Below, one piece after another: positions 6,793 through 16,252 of a DNA stretch of 28,901 nt. The position numbers and the translations under genes were made by a program. Positions within the stretch are counted from its first letter, which is position 1, and each line of letters starts with the position of its first letter. Location of the stretch: positions 1 through 28,901 of the forward strand of contig JBBQOG010000001.1 in NCBI GenBank assembly GCA_038330665.1, in the 5' to 3' direction. Below the pieces are notes generated by a model. That model had not been told where the DNA came from, did not search any database, and was given only the letters and a program-made list of their open reading frames with translations. The stretch comes from Bacteroidales bacterium (lineage in GTDB: Bacteria; Bacteroidota; Bacteroidia; Bacteroidales; UBA12481).

Positions 6793-7848
6793 ATGAAACG
6801 GATCTTGATTATTGTAGGGATTGCAGTGGTAATAGGCATTCTGATCTGGTTAAAGATATCTGTTTTCACGACTAAAACGGAAAAAGCTGCCCCATCGAAT
6901 ATCGTTCCTGCCATCCCCGTGGAATGCTTTGTGGTTAAGGATACCGCGGTGAACTATCAGCTGGAAACCGTCGGCACCCTCACCGCACGTGAGCACGTGG
7001 ATATTGTGAGCGAAATCTCGCGGAAAGTGGTCAAAATCCCGATGAAGGAGGGTGCCCGGGTACAGGCCGGACAACTCCTGTTCCAGTTGGATGATGCCGA
7101 TATCGTGACCCGGATCAACAAACTGAAAATTGAACTCGAACTGGCCGAAGCCAATGAAGGCCGCGAAAAAATCCTGCTCGGAAAAGGGGGAATCAGCCAG
7201 GAACGTTTCGAAGAAGTCTCCAGCCGGCGAAAAACCCTTCAGGCCGAAATCGAAGTGCTTAAGGTCGACCTGTCGAAAACCAGCATCCGGGCACCGTTCA
7301 ACGGACAGATCGGATTGCGTTCGGTGAGCGAGGGTGCGCTGGTCAATCCCGGTACCATCCTGGCCAATCTTCAGGATATCAGCCGAATGAAAATTGATTT
7401 TTCGATACCGGAACGATACTCCCACGATCTGAAAGCCGGTGATCCGGTGCGGTTCCGCACCGACTATCTTCCGGATATTCTTACCGCTACCGTAGAGGCG
7501 ATTGAACCGTCGGTGGATACCCGAACCCGGACCCTCCTGATTCGCGCGGAGGCAGATAACCGAAGCAGCGGACTGGTTCCCGGAACTTCTGCAAAGGTTA
7601 TGCTTACCCTAAAGGAACAAACCCCCGGGCTTTACGTGCCCACCTCTGCACTCATGCCATCAATTAAAGGGTACACCGCATTTCTTATCAAAAACAGTCA
7701 GGCCCTTATGGTAACGGTAAAAACCGGAGTCAGGAACGATGAATATGTGGAAGTGCTGGAGGGTGTCGGTCGTGGCGATTCGCTGGTGACCACCAACCTG
7801 CTCCGAGTGAAAAACGGATCGCCGCTCAAAGCGGTAAAAAACCATTGA
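6793..7848 (+). CDS. RND efflux periplasmic adaptor (membrane fusion protein)
   Basis: N-terminal TM, biotinyl-lipoyl-like halves (EGARVQAGQLLFQLD; IRAPFNGQIG) flanking a coiled coil, and IEPSVDTRTRT. First gene of an MFP-RND-TolC operon. Confidence 0.93.
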   Translation: MKRILIIVGIAVVIGILIWLKISVFTTKTEKAAPSNIVPAIPVECFVVKDTAVNYQLETVGTLTAREHVDIVSEISRKVVKIPMKEGARVQAGQLLFQLDDADIVTRINKLKIELELAEANEGREKILLGKGGISQERFEEVSSRRKTLQAEIEVLKVDLSKTSIRAPFNGQIGLRSVSEGALVNPGTILANLQDISRMKIDFSIPERYSHDLKAGDPVRFRTDYLPDILTATVEAIEPSVDTRTRTLLIRAEADNRSSGLVPGTSAKVMLTLKEQTPGLYVPTSALMPSIKGYTAFLIKNSQALMVTVKTGVRNDEYVEVLEGVGRGDSLVTTNLLRVKNGSPLKAVKNH

Positions 7849-7849
7849 G

Positions 7850-10800
7850 ATGAGCCTTTCATCCACCAGCATAAACAAGCCGGTACTGGCAATCGTCTTT
7901 ACCCTGCTGATTCTCATTTTTGGCATCGTCAGCTTCTTTTACCTGGGTATCCGCGAATATCCCGAAATGGATCCACCGGTTGTTACGGTCACCACCACCT
8001 ATTCCGGTGCCAACCCCGAGATCATCCAGGCCCAGATTACCGAGCCCCTCGAAGATGCCCTCAACGGCATCGAAGGCATCCGCGTGGTGTCGTCGGTATC
8101 GAACGACCAGTCGAGCCTGATCACCGTGGAATTCAACCTGGGCAAGGAGATGGAGTCGGCGGCAAATGACGTCCGCGACCGCGTTTCCAAAGCCATCAAG
8201 TTGCTGCCCAAGGATGTGGATCCGCCGATCGTGGAGAAACTCAGCGCCAACGCCAATCCCATCATCTTCATGATAGTACGCAGTTTTGAGCACAATATCA
8301 TGGAGGTGAACGACTTGGTCGAAAACACGATCAAACCCCGACTGCAAACCATCCCCGGGGTGGGGGATATCAAGTTATTCGGCGAAAAGAAGTACTCCAT
8401 GCGCCTATGGCTCGATCCTTTTAAAATGTCGTCCGCCGGAATCACCGCCCTCGATGTGGAGCGTGCTGTGAGCCGCGAAAATATTGAGCTGCCCTCCGGT
8501 CGTATCGAAGGGTCGCTTACCGAGCTCACGATACGCACGCTGGGATTGCTAACCACCCCGGAACAGTTTAATAATGTGATTATTAAGCAGGAAAATGGCA
8601 ATATCGTACGGATTTCAGATATCGGGAATGCCGAGTTGTATCCCGAAAACGACCGTTCCGCGGTCATGGTCGACCACCTGCCCGTAGTGGCCATCGGTGT
8701 GATTCCGCAAACCGGAGCCAATAATATCGCCATCTCCAATGAATTTTATAAAAGGATGGAAACCCTCAGCAAAGAGATTCCTTCCACCTATGAAGTTAAG
8801 ATCGGCTACGATTTTACCCGTTTTGAGCGGGGAGCCGTAAAAGAGGTGCAGCAAACCATGCTGTTATCCTTGCTCCTGGTGGTGCTGATCATTTTCATTT
8901 TCCTGCGCGACTGGCGGTCGACCGTCATTCCCGTAGTGGCCATCCCGGTTTCCATCATCGGCTCCTTCATCATCATGGCCCTCATGGGGCTCACCATTAA
9001 TGTGCTCACCCTCCTGGCTATTGTACTGGCCATCGGGCTCGTTTGTGACGATGCCATCGTGGTACTCGAAAATATCTATACCAAGATTGATACGGGTATC
9101 CATCCGATAGTGGCGGCCCATAAGGGGATGAAGGAGATCTTTTTTGCCGTGATCTCCACCACCATCACCCTGGCCGCAGTGTTCCTTCCGGTGATGTTCC
9201 TGCAGGGACTCATCGGCCGGCTGTTCAAGGAATTTGCCATCGTGGTGGCTGGCTCGGTGCTGATCTCCGCCTTCGTGGCCCTCACCCTCACCCCGATGAT
9301 GTGTTCACGTATCCTTAAACGACAACGCCACCTGAATTCAAGCTGGCTGATGGAGAAAACGGAACCGTTTTTCCTCTCCCTGAACCGCGGATACCGCTAT
9401 TCGCTCAAAGCTTTCATGAGTCAACGATGGCTGGTATTCCCGATTTTTGTGGTACTGATATTCCTCATCGGTCTGTTTTATAAATCACTGCATTCGGAAC
9501 TGGCCCCGTTCGAAGATCGCTCCAATATCCGGATACCGGTGCTGGCTCCCGAAGGTTCATCATACGAATTCATGACCCACTACCTCGGTCAGCTGGATCA
9601 ATATGTCACCGATTCCTTTCCTGAAAAATCGGTAGCCTTTTCATGGATCTCCCCCGGAATGGGAACCATCGAAAATCCGAACAAGGCCCAGGAAATCATT
9701 TATTTGGTCGATCCCGACCAGCGAAAGCGCACCCAGCACGAGATGTTCAATAAGATGACCCGTGAATTGCCCGGCATCACCGGCATCCGGTCGTTCCCGT
9801 TTGAACCCCCCACTATTGGCGACCGTTTTGCCGGGCAGCCCGTTCAATATGTGCTGCTCGCAAACAGTCTGAAGGAACTCACCGACGTGCTTCCGAAATT
9901 TCTTGAGGAGGCCCGGAAAATTAAATCCCTGCAGTTCGTGGATGCGAACCTGAAAGTGAATAAACCGGAGCTCCGGATTACCATCGATCGCGAAAAAGCG
10001 GCGCAGCTGCAGGTTTCCACACAGGATATCGCCCGCACCATGCAACTGTCGATGAGTGATCAGCGCTACGGCTATTTCGTGATGGACGGCAAACAATATG
10101 AGATCATCGGACAGGTGATGCGCAATGACCGCGATAAACCCGCCGCCCTGAAAAACCTCTATGTCCGGAATACTTCGGGGGAGCTCATCTCGCTCGATAA
10201 CCTGATCCGGATAGAGGAGTCGGTCAACCCGGCGTCGATCTATTCGTTCAACCGGTATATTTCGGCCACCGTCACTGCTGGGCTCACCCCTGGCGCCACG
10301 CTGGGCGATGGTGTAAAGGCACTCAACTGGGTATCGAAAAAAGTGCTGCCCGCCACCATGAGCACCGCCCTCGCCGGTCAGTCGCGCGACTATGAGGAAA
10401 GCTCCTCGAGCCTGATATTCATCTTTCTGCTGGCTGTGGTGATGATCTTCCTGGTGCTGGCGGCACAGTTCGAAAGTTTTATCGATCCGCTCACCATCCT
10501 CTTTACCGTGCCGCTGGCCATTGCCGGAACCCTGTTTTCACTCTGGTATTTTAACCAGACACTCAACATATTCAGCGAGATCGGTATCATTATGCTGATC
10601 GGTCTCGTAACCAAAAATGGCATCCTGATCGTAGAGTTTGCCAACCAGCGTAAGGCTACCGGGATCGACAAAAATGAGGCGGTCCAGCGGGCGGCTATTT
10701 CCCGTTTCCGGCCCATCCTGATGACCTCATCTGCCATGGTGCTTGGCATTCTGCCGATCGCCCTCAGCCTGGGCTCCTCCTCCGAAAGCCGGCAGTCGCT

Positions 10801-10963
10801 GGGGATCGCCGTGGTGGGCGGACTGATCTTCGCAACTTTCCTGACCCTCTATATGATACCGGCCATCTATTCCTTTCTCTCCAGGAATCCGAAACTGGAC
10901 GTGATCGACTATACGCAGATGACCGTAGAAGCCGATTCCAATCAAACTGAGGAGGACTTTTAA
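7850..10963 (+). CDS. RND efflux permease, AcrB/MdtB-like (HAE1)
   Basis: 1037 aa with GIREYPEMDPPVVTV and the proton-relay residues LVCDDAIVVLEN, GLVTKNGILIVEFAN and RFRPILMT. Confidence 0.95.
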   Translation: MSLSSTSINKPVLAIVFTLLILIFGIVSFFYLGIREYPEMDPPVVTVTTTYSGANPEIIQAQITEPLEDALNGIEGIRVVSSVSNDQSSLITVEFNLGKEMESAANDVRDRVSKAIKLLPKDVDPPIVEKLSANANPIIFMIVRSFEHNIMEVNDLVENTIKPRLQTIPGVGDIKLFGEKKYSMRLWLDPFKMSSAGITALDVERAVSRENIELPSGRIEGSLTELTIRTLGLLTTPEQFNNVIIKQENGNIVRISDIGNAELYPENDRSAVMVDHLPVVAIGVIPQTGANNIAISNEFYKRMETLSKEIPSTYEVKIGYDFTRFERGAVKEVQQTMLLSLLLVVLIIFIFLRDWRSTVIPVVAIPVSIIGSFIIMALMGLTINVLTLLAIVLAIGLVCDDAIVVLENIYTKIDTGIHPIVAAHKGMKEIFFAVISTTITLAAVFLPVMFLQGLIGRLFKEFAIVVAGSVLISAFVALTLTPMMCSRILKRQRHLNSSWLMEKTEPFFLSLNRGYRYSLKAFMSQRWLVFPIFVVLIFLIGLFYKSLHSELAPFEDRSNIRIPVLAPEGSSYEFMTHYLGQLDQYVTDSFPEKSVAFSWISPGMGTIENPNKAQEIIYLVDPDQRKRTQHEMFNKMTRELPGITGIRSFPFEPPTIGDRFAGQPVQYVLLANSLKELTDVLPKFLEEARKIKSLQFVDANLKVNKPELRITIDREKAAQLQVSTQDIARTMQLSMSDQRYGYFVMDGKQYEIIGQVMRNDRDKPAALKNLYVRNTSGELISLDNLIRIEESVNPASIYSFNRYISATVTAGLTPGATLGDGVKALNWVSKKVLPATMSTALAGQSRDYEESSSSLIFIFLLAVVMIFLVLAAQFESFIDPLTILFTVPLAIAGTLFSLWYFNQTLNIFSEIGIIMLIGLVTKNGILIVEFANQRKATGIDKNEAVQRAAISRFRPILMTSSAMVLGILPIALSLGSSSESRQSLGIAVVGGLIFATFLTLYMIPAIYSFLSRNPKLDVIDYTQMTVEADSNQTEEDF

Positions 10964-12268
10964 ATGAAAAAGGCAGCCGTTACCGGATTATTGATTTGCC
11001 TGCTCGGGGGCTGGGCCCACGGCCAGCAACTGATGACCCTCGAGGAGGCGCTGAGTATTGGCCTGACGAATAATTACGGAATCATCATCTCGCAGAACTC
11101 CCTGCAGGAGGCGAAAAATAATGCCACGCCCGGAAATGCCGGAATGTTGCCTGTTGTTGGCGTCAATGCTGGGATCTCGAAAGGACTGAGTAATGCCCGT
11201 GTGAAGGTGCTCACCGGCAGTGAGCTGAATAACCCGGCTGCACTTTCCGATTTAACCACCGCCGGCGTGGGCATGACCTGGAAAGTATTCGACGGGTTGA
11301 AAATGTTCATCTCTTTTGATAAACTGCGAAAGCTCGAGGAAATCAGCGACTTAAGTGCTAAAAATACGCTCGAAAACACCATTGCCCGGATAATTGCCGG
11401 ATATTATGAGATCGTTCGGCAAAACCGGATTCAGCAGTTCCTCTCGGAGCAGGTGGAGATATCTGGTCTTCGCACCGATCTGGCCAAAATGCGCTACGAA
11501 ACCGGTTCGGGGTCGGAAATGGAATACCTCAAATCCCGCGTGGAACAAAATGCAGATATTGCCAGGCTTTCGGCACAGAAAACCCTCTGCGAAAACGCAA
11601 AAACCAGTTTGAATGATTTGATGGCACGGGAGGTAACCACCACTTTCCAGGTTCCCGATACCATCCCGGTGTCGGTGGCCCTGAATCCCGATTCCCTGCA
11701 CTGGTTAGTCAGATCCGCCAACACCGACCTGCTGATGGCCATGCGCAACCGCGATGCCGGGGCCCTGGATGTAAAATCAGCCCGTGCCAGCCAGTGGCCC
11801 ACACTCGATTACTTTGCCGGATACAACTATTACCACTCCGATACCGAGGCTAACTTCATCCAGTACAACCGGAATTTCGGCCCTTCGATGGGACTCTCGC
11901 TGAACATGAAAATTTTCGACGGGCAGAATCTGAAGCGGCAGTACAAGAATGCAGCACTCTCCCTGCAATCATACGATCTGGCTGTTCAACAGATGGAAAG
12001 CCGGCTCGGGGCTCATCTGGAAAAACTTTACAGCGAATACCTGGACCATCTGGAGGTGGTTCGGTTTGAAGAGGAAAACCTTCAACTGGCCATCCGGAAC
12101 ATGGACCTGGCACGGGAGAGCTTCCGCATCGGGTCCATCTCTTCCATCCAGATGAAAGGCGTTCAGGAGGACCTTCTGACGGCCAGAACCCGTCAGGTAA
12201 ATGCCCAATATCAGGTGAAACTCACTGAAACCGAATTAATGCTCCTCAGTGGGAAGCTTTTGCACTGA
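10964..12268 (+). CDS. TolC-family outer-membrane efflux protein
   Basis: Signal peptide ...WAHG|QQ, LTLEEALSIGLTNN, two OEP-like halves, RYETGSGSEMEY and FRIGSISSIQ. The start abuts the RND stop (TAAATG). Confidence 0.92.
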   Translation: MKKAAVTGLLICLLGGWAHGQQLMTLEEALSIGLTNNYGIIISQNSLQEAKNNATPGNAGMLPVVGVNAGISKGLSNARVKVLTGSELNNPAALSDLTTAGVGMTWKVFDGLKMFISFDKLRKLEEISDLSAKNTLENTIARIIAGYYEIVRQNRIQQFLSEQVEISGLRTDLAKMRYETGSGSEMEYLKSRVEQNADIARLSAQKTLCENAKTSLNDLMAREVTTTFQVPDTIPVSVALNPDSLHWLVRSANTDLLMAMRNRDAGALDVKSARASQWPTLDYFAGYNYYHSDTEANFIQYNRNFGPSMGLSLNMKIFDGQNLKRQYKNAALSLQSYDLAVQQMESRLGAHLEKLYSEYLDHLEVVRFEEENLQLAIRNMDLARESFRIGSISSIQMKGVQEDLLTARTRQVNAQYQVKLTETELMLLSGKLLH

Positions 12269-12305
12269 ATACGCTTAAATGCGCCTTATATAAATCCATT
12301 TTATC

Positions 12306-12313
12306 TATATTTA
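12306..12313 (+). promoter_or_regulatory. Putative -7 element (TATATTTA) for the signalling cassette
   Basis: Near-match to TAnnTTTG in an AT-rich intergenic gap before the kinase. Confidence 0.4.
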
Positions 12314-12340
12314 CGGATACCAAAGCGGGATTAACAGAAA

Positions 12341-13228
12341 ATGTCAGTATTACCAAAAAGCCTGGAACAGGTTATAGAGGAACTCACCTCAGAGCTTAAG
12401 CTGAAGGATGCCCGGCTGGAGGAAACCCGGATGCAGCTTTTACAGGCTGAGAAAATGGCTTCGCTCGGGCAGCTCACTGCCGGTATTGCCCACGAAATAA
12501 AAAATCCGCTGAATTTTGTGAATAATTTCGCTGCTCTTACCGTCGACCTGACCGGTGAACTGGAGGAAGAACTTGAGAAGCTCACCGCTACCCTGTCGCC
12601 CGAGGATAGCGAGTACCTGAAGGAAATTGCCGGGGATATCCGGTCAAATGCACTCAAAATCCAGGACCATGGCAAACGTGCCGACAGTATCGTGAAAGGC
12701 ATGCTGCTGCATTCACGCGGTGATGCCGGAATCAAACAGCAGGCCGACATCAATGCCCTGCTGGCCGAATATGTGAGCCTCGGTTACCATGGAATGCGCG
12801 CACAGGATAACACCTTCAATATTAAGATAGAATCCCACTATGATGAAACCATCGGGATGGTCAATATCATCCCGCAGGATATCACGCGCGTTTTTCTGAA
12901 TATCATCAATAATGCCTGCTATTCCACGAATCTGAAAAAGAAGGATTTGCACGATGCCTATTCGCCAATCCTGGAGGTGCAGACCCGGAATCTGGGCGAA
13001 TCGGTCGAAGTACGGATTCGCGACAATGGAAAGGGAATTCCACAGGAAATCCTGGACAAGGTTTTTAACCCCTTTTTTACCACCAAGCCGGCTGGCGAAG
13101 GCACCGGGCTGGGACTCTCGCTGAGTTACGACATCATTGTAAAGGAGCATCAGGGCAGCATGAAGGTGGAATCGCGCGAGGGCGAATTTGCTGAATTCAT
13201 CCTGGAAATCCCAAAAAATCTTTTGTAA
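12341..13228 (+). CDS. Cytoplasmic histidine kinase without a sensor domain (HisKA + HATPase_c, NtrB-like)
   Basis: EKMASLGQLTAGIAHEIKNP (His codon 12491), N-box FLNIINNA, DNGKGI, FNPFFTTK and GEGTGLGLS. Only a ~35-aa coiled coil precedes the H-box, with no TM. Confidence 0.95.
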   Translation: MSVLPKSLEQVIEELTSELKLKDARLEETRMQLLQAEKMASLGQLTAGIAHEIKNPLNFVNNFAALTVDLTGELEEELEKLTATLSPEDSEYLKEIAGDIRSNALKIQDHGKRADSIVKGMLLHSRGDAGIKQQADINALLAEYVSLGYHGMRAQDNTFNIKIESHYDETIGMVNIIPQDITRVFLNIINNACYSTNLKKKDLHDAYSPILEVQTRNLGESVEVRIRDNGKGIPQEILDKVFNPFFTTKPAGEGTGLGLSLSYDIIVKEHQGSMKVESREGEFAEFILEIPKNLL

Positions 13229-13254
13229 AAATCATTCAAAAAGAGATCAACGAT

Positions 13255-14430
13255 ATGGATTATAATCAGAATGTAAAGGTCATGGTAGTCGACGATGAGG
13301 TCGACCTTGAACCTTTAATCCGGCAGAAATTCCGCCGCGAAATACGAAATGGACAATATGATTTTGTTTTTGCTCATAATGGTTTGGAAGCACTGGCCAG
13401 CCTGATCGAATATCCCGACATCGGAATTATTTTGTCCGATATCAACATGCCGGAGATGGATGGGCTCACCCTGCTCACCAAGCTGAAGGAGCTCAAGCAT
13501 CCCTCGCTGAAAACCGTCATCGTTTCCGCTTACGGCGATATGGAAAACATTCGTACTGCGATGAACCGGGGTGCTTTCGATTTTCTAACCAAGCCGATCA
13601 ATTTCGACGACCTGGAAATCACCATCAATAAAACCCTGGACGAAATCGTGGTCCAGCGAATGGCTATGCACGAGCACGACCAGCTGATTTCCATCCGCCA
13701 CGACCTGAATGTGGCCCGCGAAATTCAGCAGGGAATCCTTCCAAAGACTTTCCCGCCATTCCCCGGTCGGAATGATTTCGATCTGTTCGCCTCGATGACG
13801 GCAGCCAAGAGTGTGGGTGGCGATTTCTTCGACTTTTTCTTGATTGATCAGGACCGTCTCGGATTTGTGATCGGCGACGTATCCGGAAAAGGAATACCGG
13901 CCGCTATTTTTATGGCCGTCAGCCGCACGCTGATCCGCGCAACCGGTTTAAAGGGTATGCCGGCCGGCGAATGCCTGCAATATGCCAATAACCTGCTTTG
14001 CAATGAGAGCGTTTCTTGTATGTTCGTAACCGTGTTTTATGGCATCATGAACATGAAAACCGGAGAGCTGGAATATGCAAATGCCGGACATAACCCACCC
14101 TATATGATGCGGGGAGGAACCTCGATCGAAGTGCTCCAATCCACCGGCGATATCATTCTCGGTTGCTTCGAAGATCATCCTTACTCCACCAGTACGGTTC
14201 AGTTGAAACCCGGCGACGGGATATTGCTGTTCACCGATGGGGTAACCGAAGCGTTTAATAAGGCGGAAGAAGTATATGGCGAACCGCGGCTCGAAAGTCT
14301 GCTCACCGCTTCCCTGAAATTGAGCTCTGAACAGATTGTGAATGTGATTGTGGAGGATGTCAACCTTTATTCGACCGGTGTGCCTCAATCCGACGATATT
14401 ACCCTGCTTTCATTACGATACAATGGTTAA
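13255..14430 (+). CDS. Response regulator receiver + PP2C/SpoIIE phosphatase (RsbU/RsbP-like)
   Basis: Receiver motifs VVDDE, LSDINMP, SAYG and FLTKP. PP2C motifs VGGDFFD, IGDVSGKG, FTDGVTEA and SDDITLL. Confidence 0.95.
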   Translation: MDYNQNVKVMVVDDEVDLEPLIRQKFRREIRNGQYDFVFAHNGLEALASLIEYPDIGIILSDINMPEMDGLTLLTKLKELKHPSLKTVIVSAYGDMENIRTAMNRGAFDFLTKPINFDDLEITINKTLDEIVVQRMAMHEHDQLISIRHDLNVAREIQQGILPKTFPPFPGRNDFDLFASMTAAKSVGGDFFDFFLIDQDRLGFVIGDVSGKGIPAAIFMAVSRTLIRATGLKGMPAGECLQYANNLLCNESVSCMFVTVFYGIMNMKTGELEYANAGHNPPYMMRGGTSIEVLQSTGDIILGCFEDHPYSTSTVQLKPGDGILLFTDGVTEAFNKAEEVYGEPRLESLLTASLKLSSEQIVNVIVEDVNLYSTGVPQSDDITLLSLRYNG

Positions 14431-14436
14431 ACCGCA

Positions 14437-14444
14437 TAACTTTG
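14437..14444 (+). promoter_or_regulatory. Exact TAnnTTTG -7 element (TAACTTTG) just before the RsbW-like gene
   Basis: Lies in the 18-nt gap between the stop at 14430 and ATG 14449. No clear -33 TTTG at canonical spacing. Confidence 0.35.
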
Positions 14445-14448
14445 TACA

Positions 14449-14871
14449 ATGAGTGAGCATAACCTGTCTATTACTAACCAATTATCCCAATTGGATGTCG
14501 TTGCAGAAGCGATTGAAGCCCTGTCGGAAGAGTGGGGGATTCCCATGGCGCTCGCTCTGAACCTAAACCTGGTGCTGGAGGAGCTGATTACCAATATCAT
14601 CTTTTATGGTTATTCTGATCAGGAGGAGCATACGATTTCCATTGGCCTCTCATTCGACGGTAATAGGATCCAAATGCAGCTTGAAGATGATGCAAAGGAG
14701 TTTGATCCGACCCTTCGGGCCGATCCTAAAATCGATGAGTCTATCGAGGAGAGGAATATCGGAGGCCTGGGAATTTACTTCGTTCGTAAAATTATGGACG
14801 GGATGACTTACCGGCGCTCGGGAAATAAGAATATTTTAACGCTCACAAAAAAAATTGAGAAAACCAATTAA
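14449..14871 (+). CDS. Anti-sigma-factor-type Ser/Thr kinase (RsbW/SpoIIAB-like, HATPase_c_2)
   Basis: LVLEELITNIIFYGY, LEDDAKEFDP and GGLGIYFVRKIMD; located between the PP2C and STAS genes. Confidence 0.92.
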   Translation: MSEHNLSITNQLSQLDVVAEAIEALSEEWGIPMALALNLNLVLEELITNIIFYGYSDQEEHTISIGLSFDGNRIQMQLEDDAKEFDPTLRADPKIDESIEERNIGGLGIYFVRKIMDGMTYRRSGNKNILTLTKKIEKTN

Positions 14872-14882
14872 ACTGAAATAAT

Positions 14883-15209
14883 ATGGAAATTAATGAATCA
14901 AAAAAGGGCGATTTTTTCGTCATTCATCTGGCCGGTCGCCTCGACACCTCTAATTATGGTGAGCTGGAAAAGAAATTGATTAGCTTTATCGAAGGCGGTG
15001 AGAAACAAATCATTGTGGAATGCTCCGGTCTGGTGTACATCAGCAGCTCGGGATTAAGGGTTCTGTTGATGGCATTGAAAAAAATCACTGCTGCCGGTGG
15101 TAAGTTTCACCTTTGCAACCTCCAGGATAATATCCGCGAGATTTTTGAAATCGCCGGATTTACCTCCATATTCAAGGTGTTTGATACCCTTGAGGAAGCT
15201 GCGAAGTGA
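14883..15209 (+). CDS. STAS-domain anti-anti-sigma factor (RsbV/SpoIIAA-like)
   Basis: 108 aa with GRLD, the phosphoacceptor segment YISSSGLRVLL, and IFEIAGF. Confidence 0.95.
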   Translation: MEINESKKGDFFVIHLAGRLDTSNYGELEKKLISFIEGGEKQIIVECSGLVYISSSGLRVLLMALKKITAAGGKFHLCNLQDNIREIFEIAGFTSIFKVFDTLEEAAK

Positions 15210-15233
15210 CCTTTTCCCGCCTATCCTTATCCA

Positions 15234-16145
15234 ATGACACCTGATCCGGTCCATTTGCCCGATAAACTGATTCGGCACCTGAATACCCAGGCCAAGGCCA
15301 TATTCCGTGGCGAGTATTCCGGTGTCGACCAGATTTATCCCTTTATCGATAGCGGAGGTACACAGCCTGAAGTGGGTGAACTGGCGGAGAACTTCATTCT
15401 GATGACTACCAAGCTCGAGGCGCGCGAATTCGACCTCAATCGCAGAATCGAAGAGCTCAGCGAGAAAAATCAGGCGCTCACCGAGCTTTCACGACAACGT
15501 ACAGAGGGATCAGTCGTATTCTTTTCGCTGCTTTTCATCATGAGTCTCTTTACTTTTCTCATTGAGATTCTTCGGGTCGTGAGCCCTGCCAACAGCTCTA
15601 TTAAATTCATTGTTTTCCGCAGCACCGACCTGCTTTTTGTTCTCATCGGACTCTATTTCGTGTTTTTTACTAAACTTCCGTTCGCTAAATTTGGCCTGAA
15701 CCTGGATAGATGGAAAAAATCGCTCCTCGAAAGTTTAGCGGTAACCGGAGCTCTGGTGGTGCTGTTCGTAGGAATAAAATGGATGGCTGTTCGAATGGGC
15801 TGGATGGATGGCTCCAAAGGACTGGTGGATTTTAAAATCCTCGACTGGACCTTTATTCTTTACCTGCTGATCGCACCCCTGCAGGAATTCCTGGCCAGAG
15901 GAGTGTGCCTCACCTCTATCGAACGTAATATCACCGGAAGATTTGCCAAGCCGGGGGTCATCATTCTCTCCGCCCTGGTTTTTAGTTTACCCCACATGAC
16001 CTACTCACTCAGCTTTGCAGTTTGGACCCTCGGCGGAGGGATCATCTGGGGAATCCTGTATATGCGCCATCGAACGATTCTCGGCGTGAGCATCAGCCAT
16101 TACATCGCCGGAACACTGGCCTTTCTGTGCGGGTTTATCGGCTGA
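15234..16145 (+). CDS. N-terminal HAMP-like domain fused to a CPBP (CAAX/Abi) family membrane domain with degenerate motifs
   Basis: LIRHLNTQAKAIFRGEYS...EVGELAENFILMTTKLEARE reads as HAMP plus signalling helix. Several TM helices follow, with CPBP-like motifs QEFLARG, FSLPH and SHYIAG. Confidence 0.75.
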   Translation: MTPDPVHLPDKLIRHLNTQAKAIFRGEYSGVDQIYPFIDSGGTQPEVGELAENFILMTTKLEAREFDLNRRIEELSEKNQALTELSRQRTEGSVVFFSLLFIMSLFTFLIEILRVVSPANSSIKFIVFRSTDLLFVLIGLYFVFFTKLPFAKFGLNLDRWKKSLLESLAVTGALVVLFVGIKWMAVRMGWMDGSKGLVDFKILDWTFILYLLIAPLQEFLARGVCLTSIERNITGRFAKPGVIILSALVFSLPHMTYSLSFAVWTLGGGIIWGILYMRHRTILGVSISHYIAGTLAFLCGFIG

Positions 16146-16173
16146 CATCAGTCGCCCGAATGCTGAAACATAC

Positions 16174-16217
16174 GGATTTACCTCCAAAATTCCCCGGAAG
16201 TTTTGGGATTTAAATCC
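16174..16217. repeat. 44-bp imperfect inverted repeat, possible terminator or operator
   Basis: GGATTTA-cct-CCAAAATTCC-cc-GGAAGTTTTGG-gatt-TAAATCC. It also includes the perfect palindrome GGATTTAAATCC at 16206-16217. Confidence 0.55.
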
Positions 16218-16235
16218 GGGATTATCGTATCTTTA
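16202..16235 (+). promoter_or_regulatory. Putative sigma-A promoter (TTTG 16202-16205; TATCTTTA 16228-16235)
   Basis: Near-consensus -33/-7 pair upstream of ATG 16253. Confidence 0.45.
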
Positions 16236-16252
16236 AGAAAAACAACCCTGCC

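Noticed and set aside
13677-13710. Partial GCCACGACC matches to the UTR hairpin inside coding regions (here and near 7770)
   Set aside because: They lack the matching GGRGGU arm and are explained by codons.
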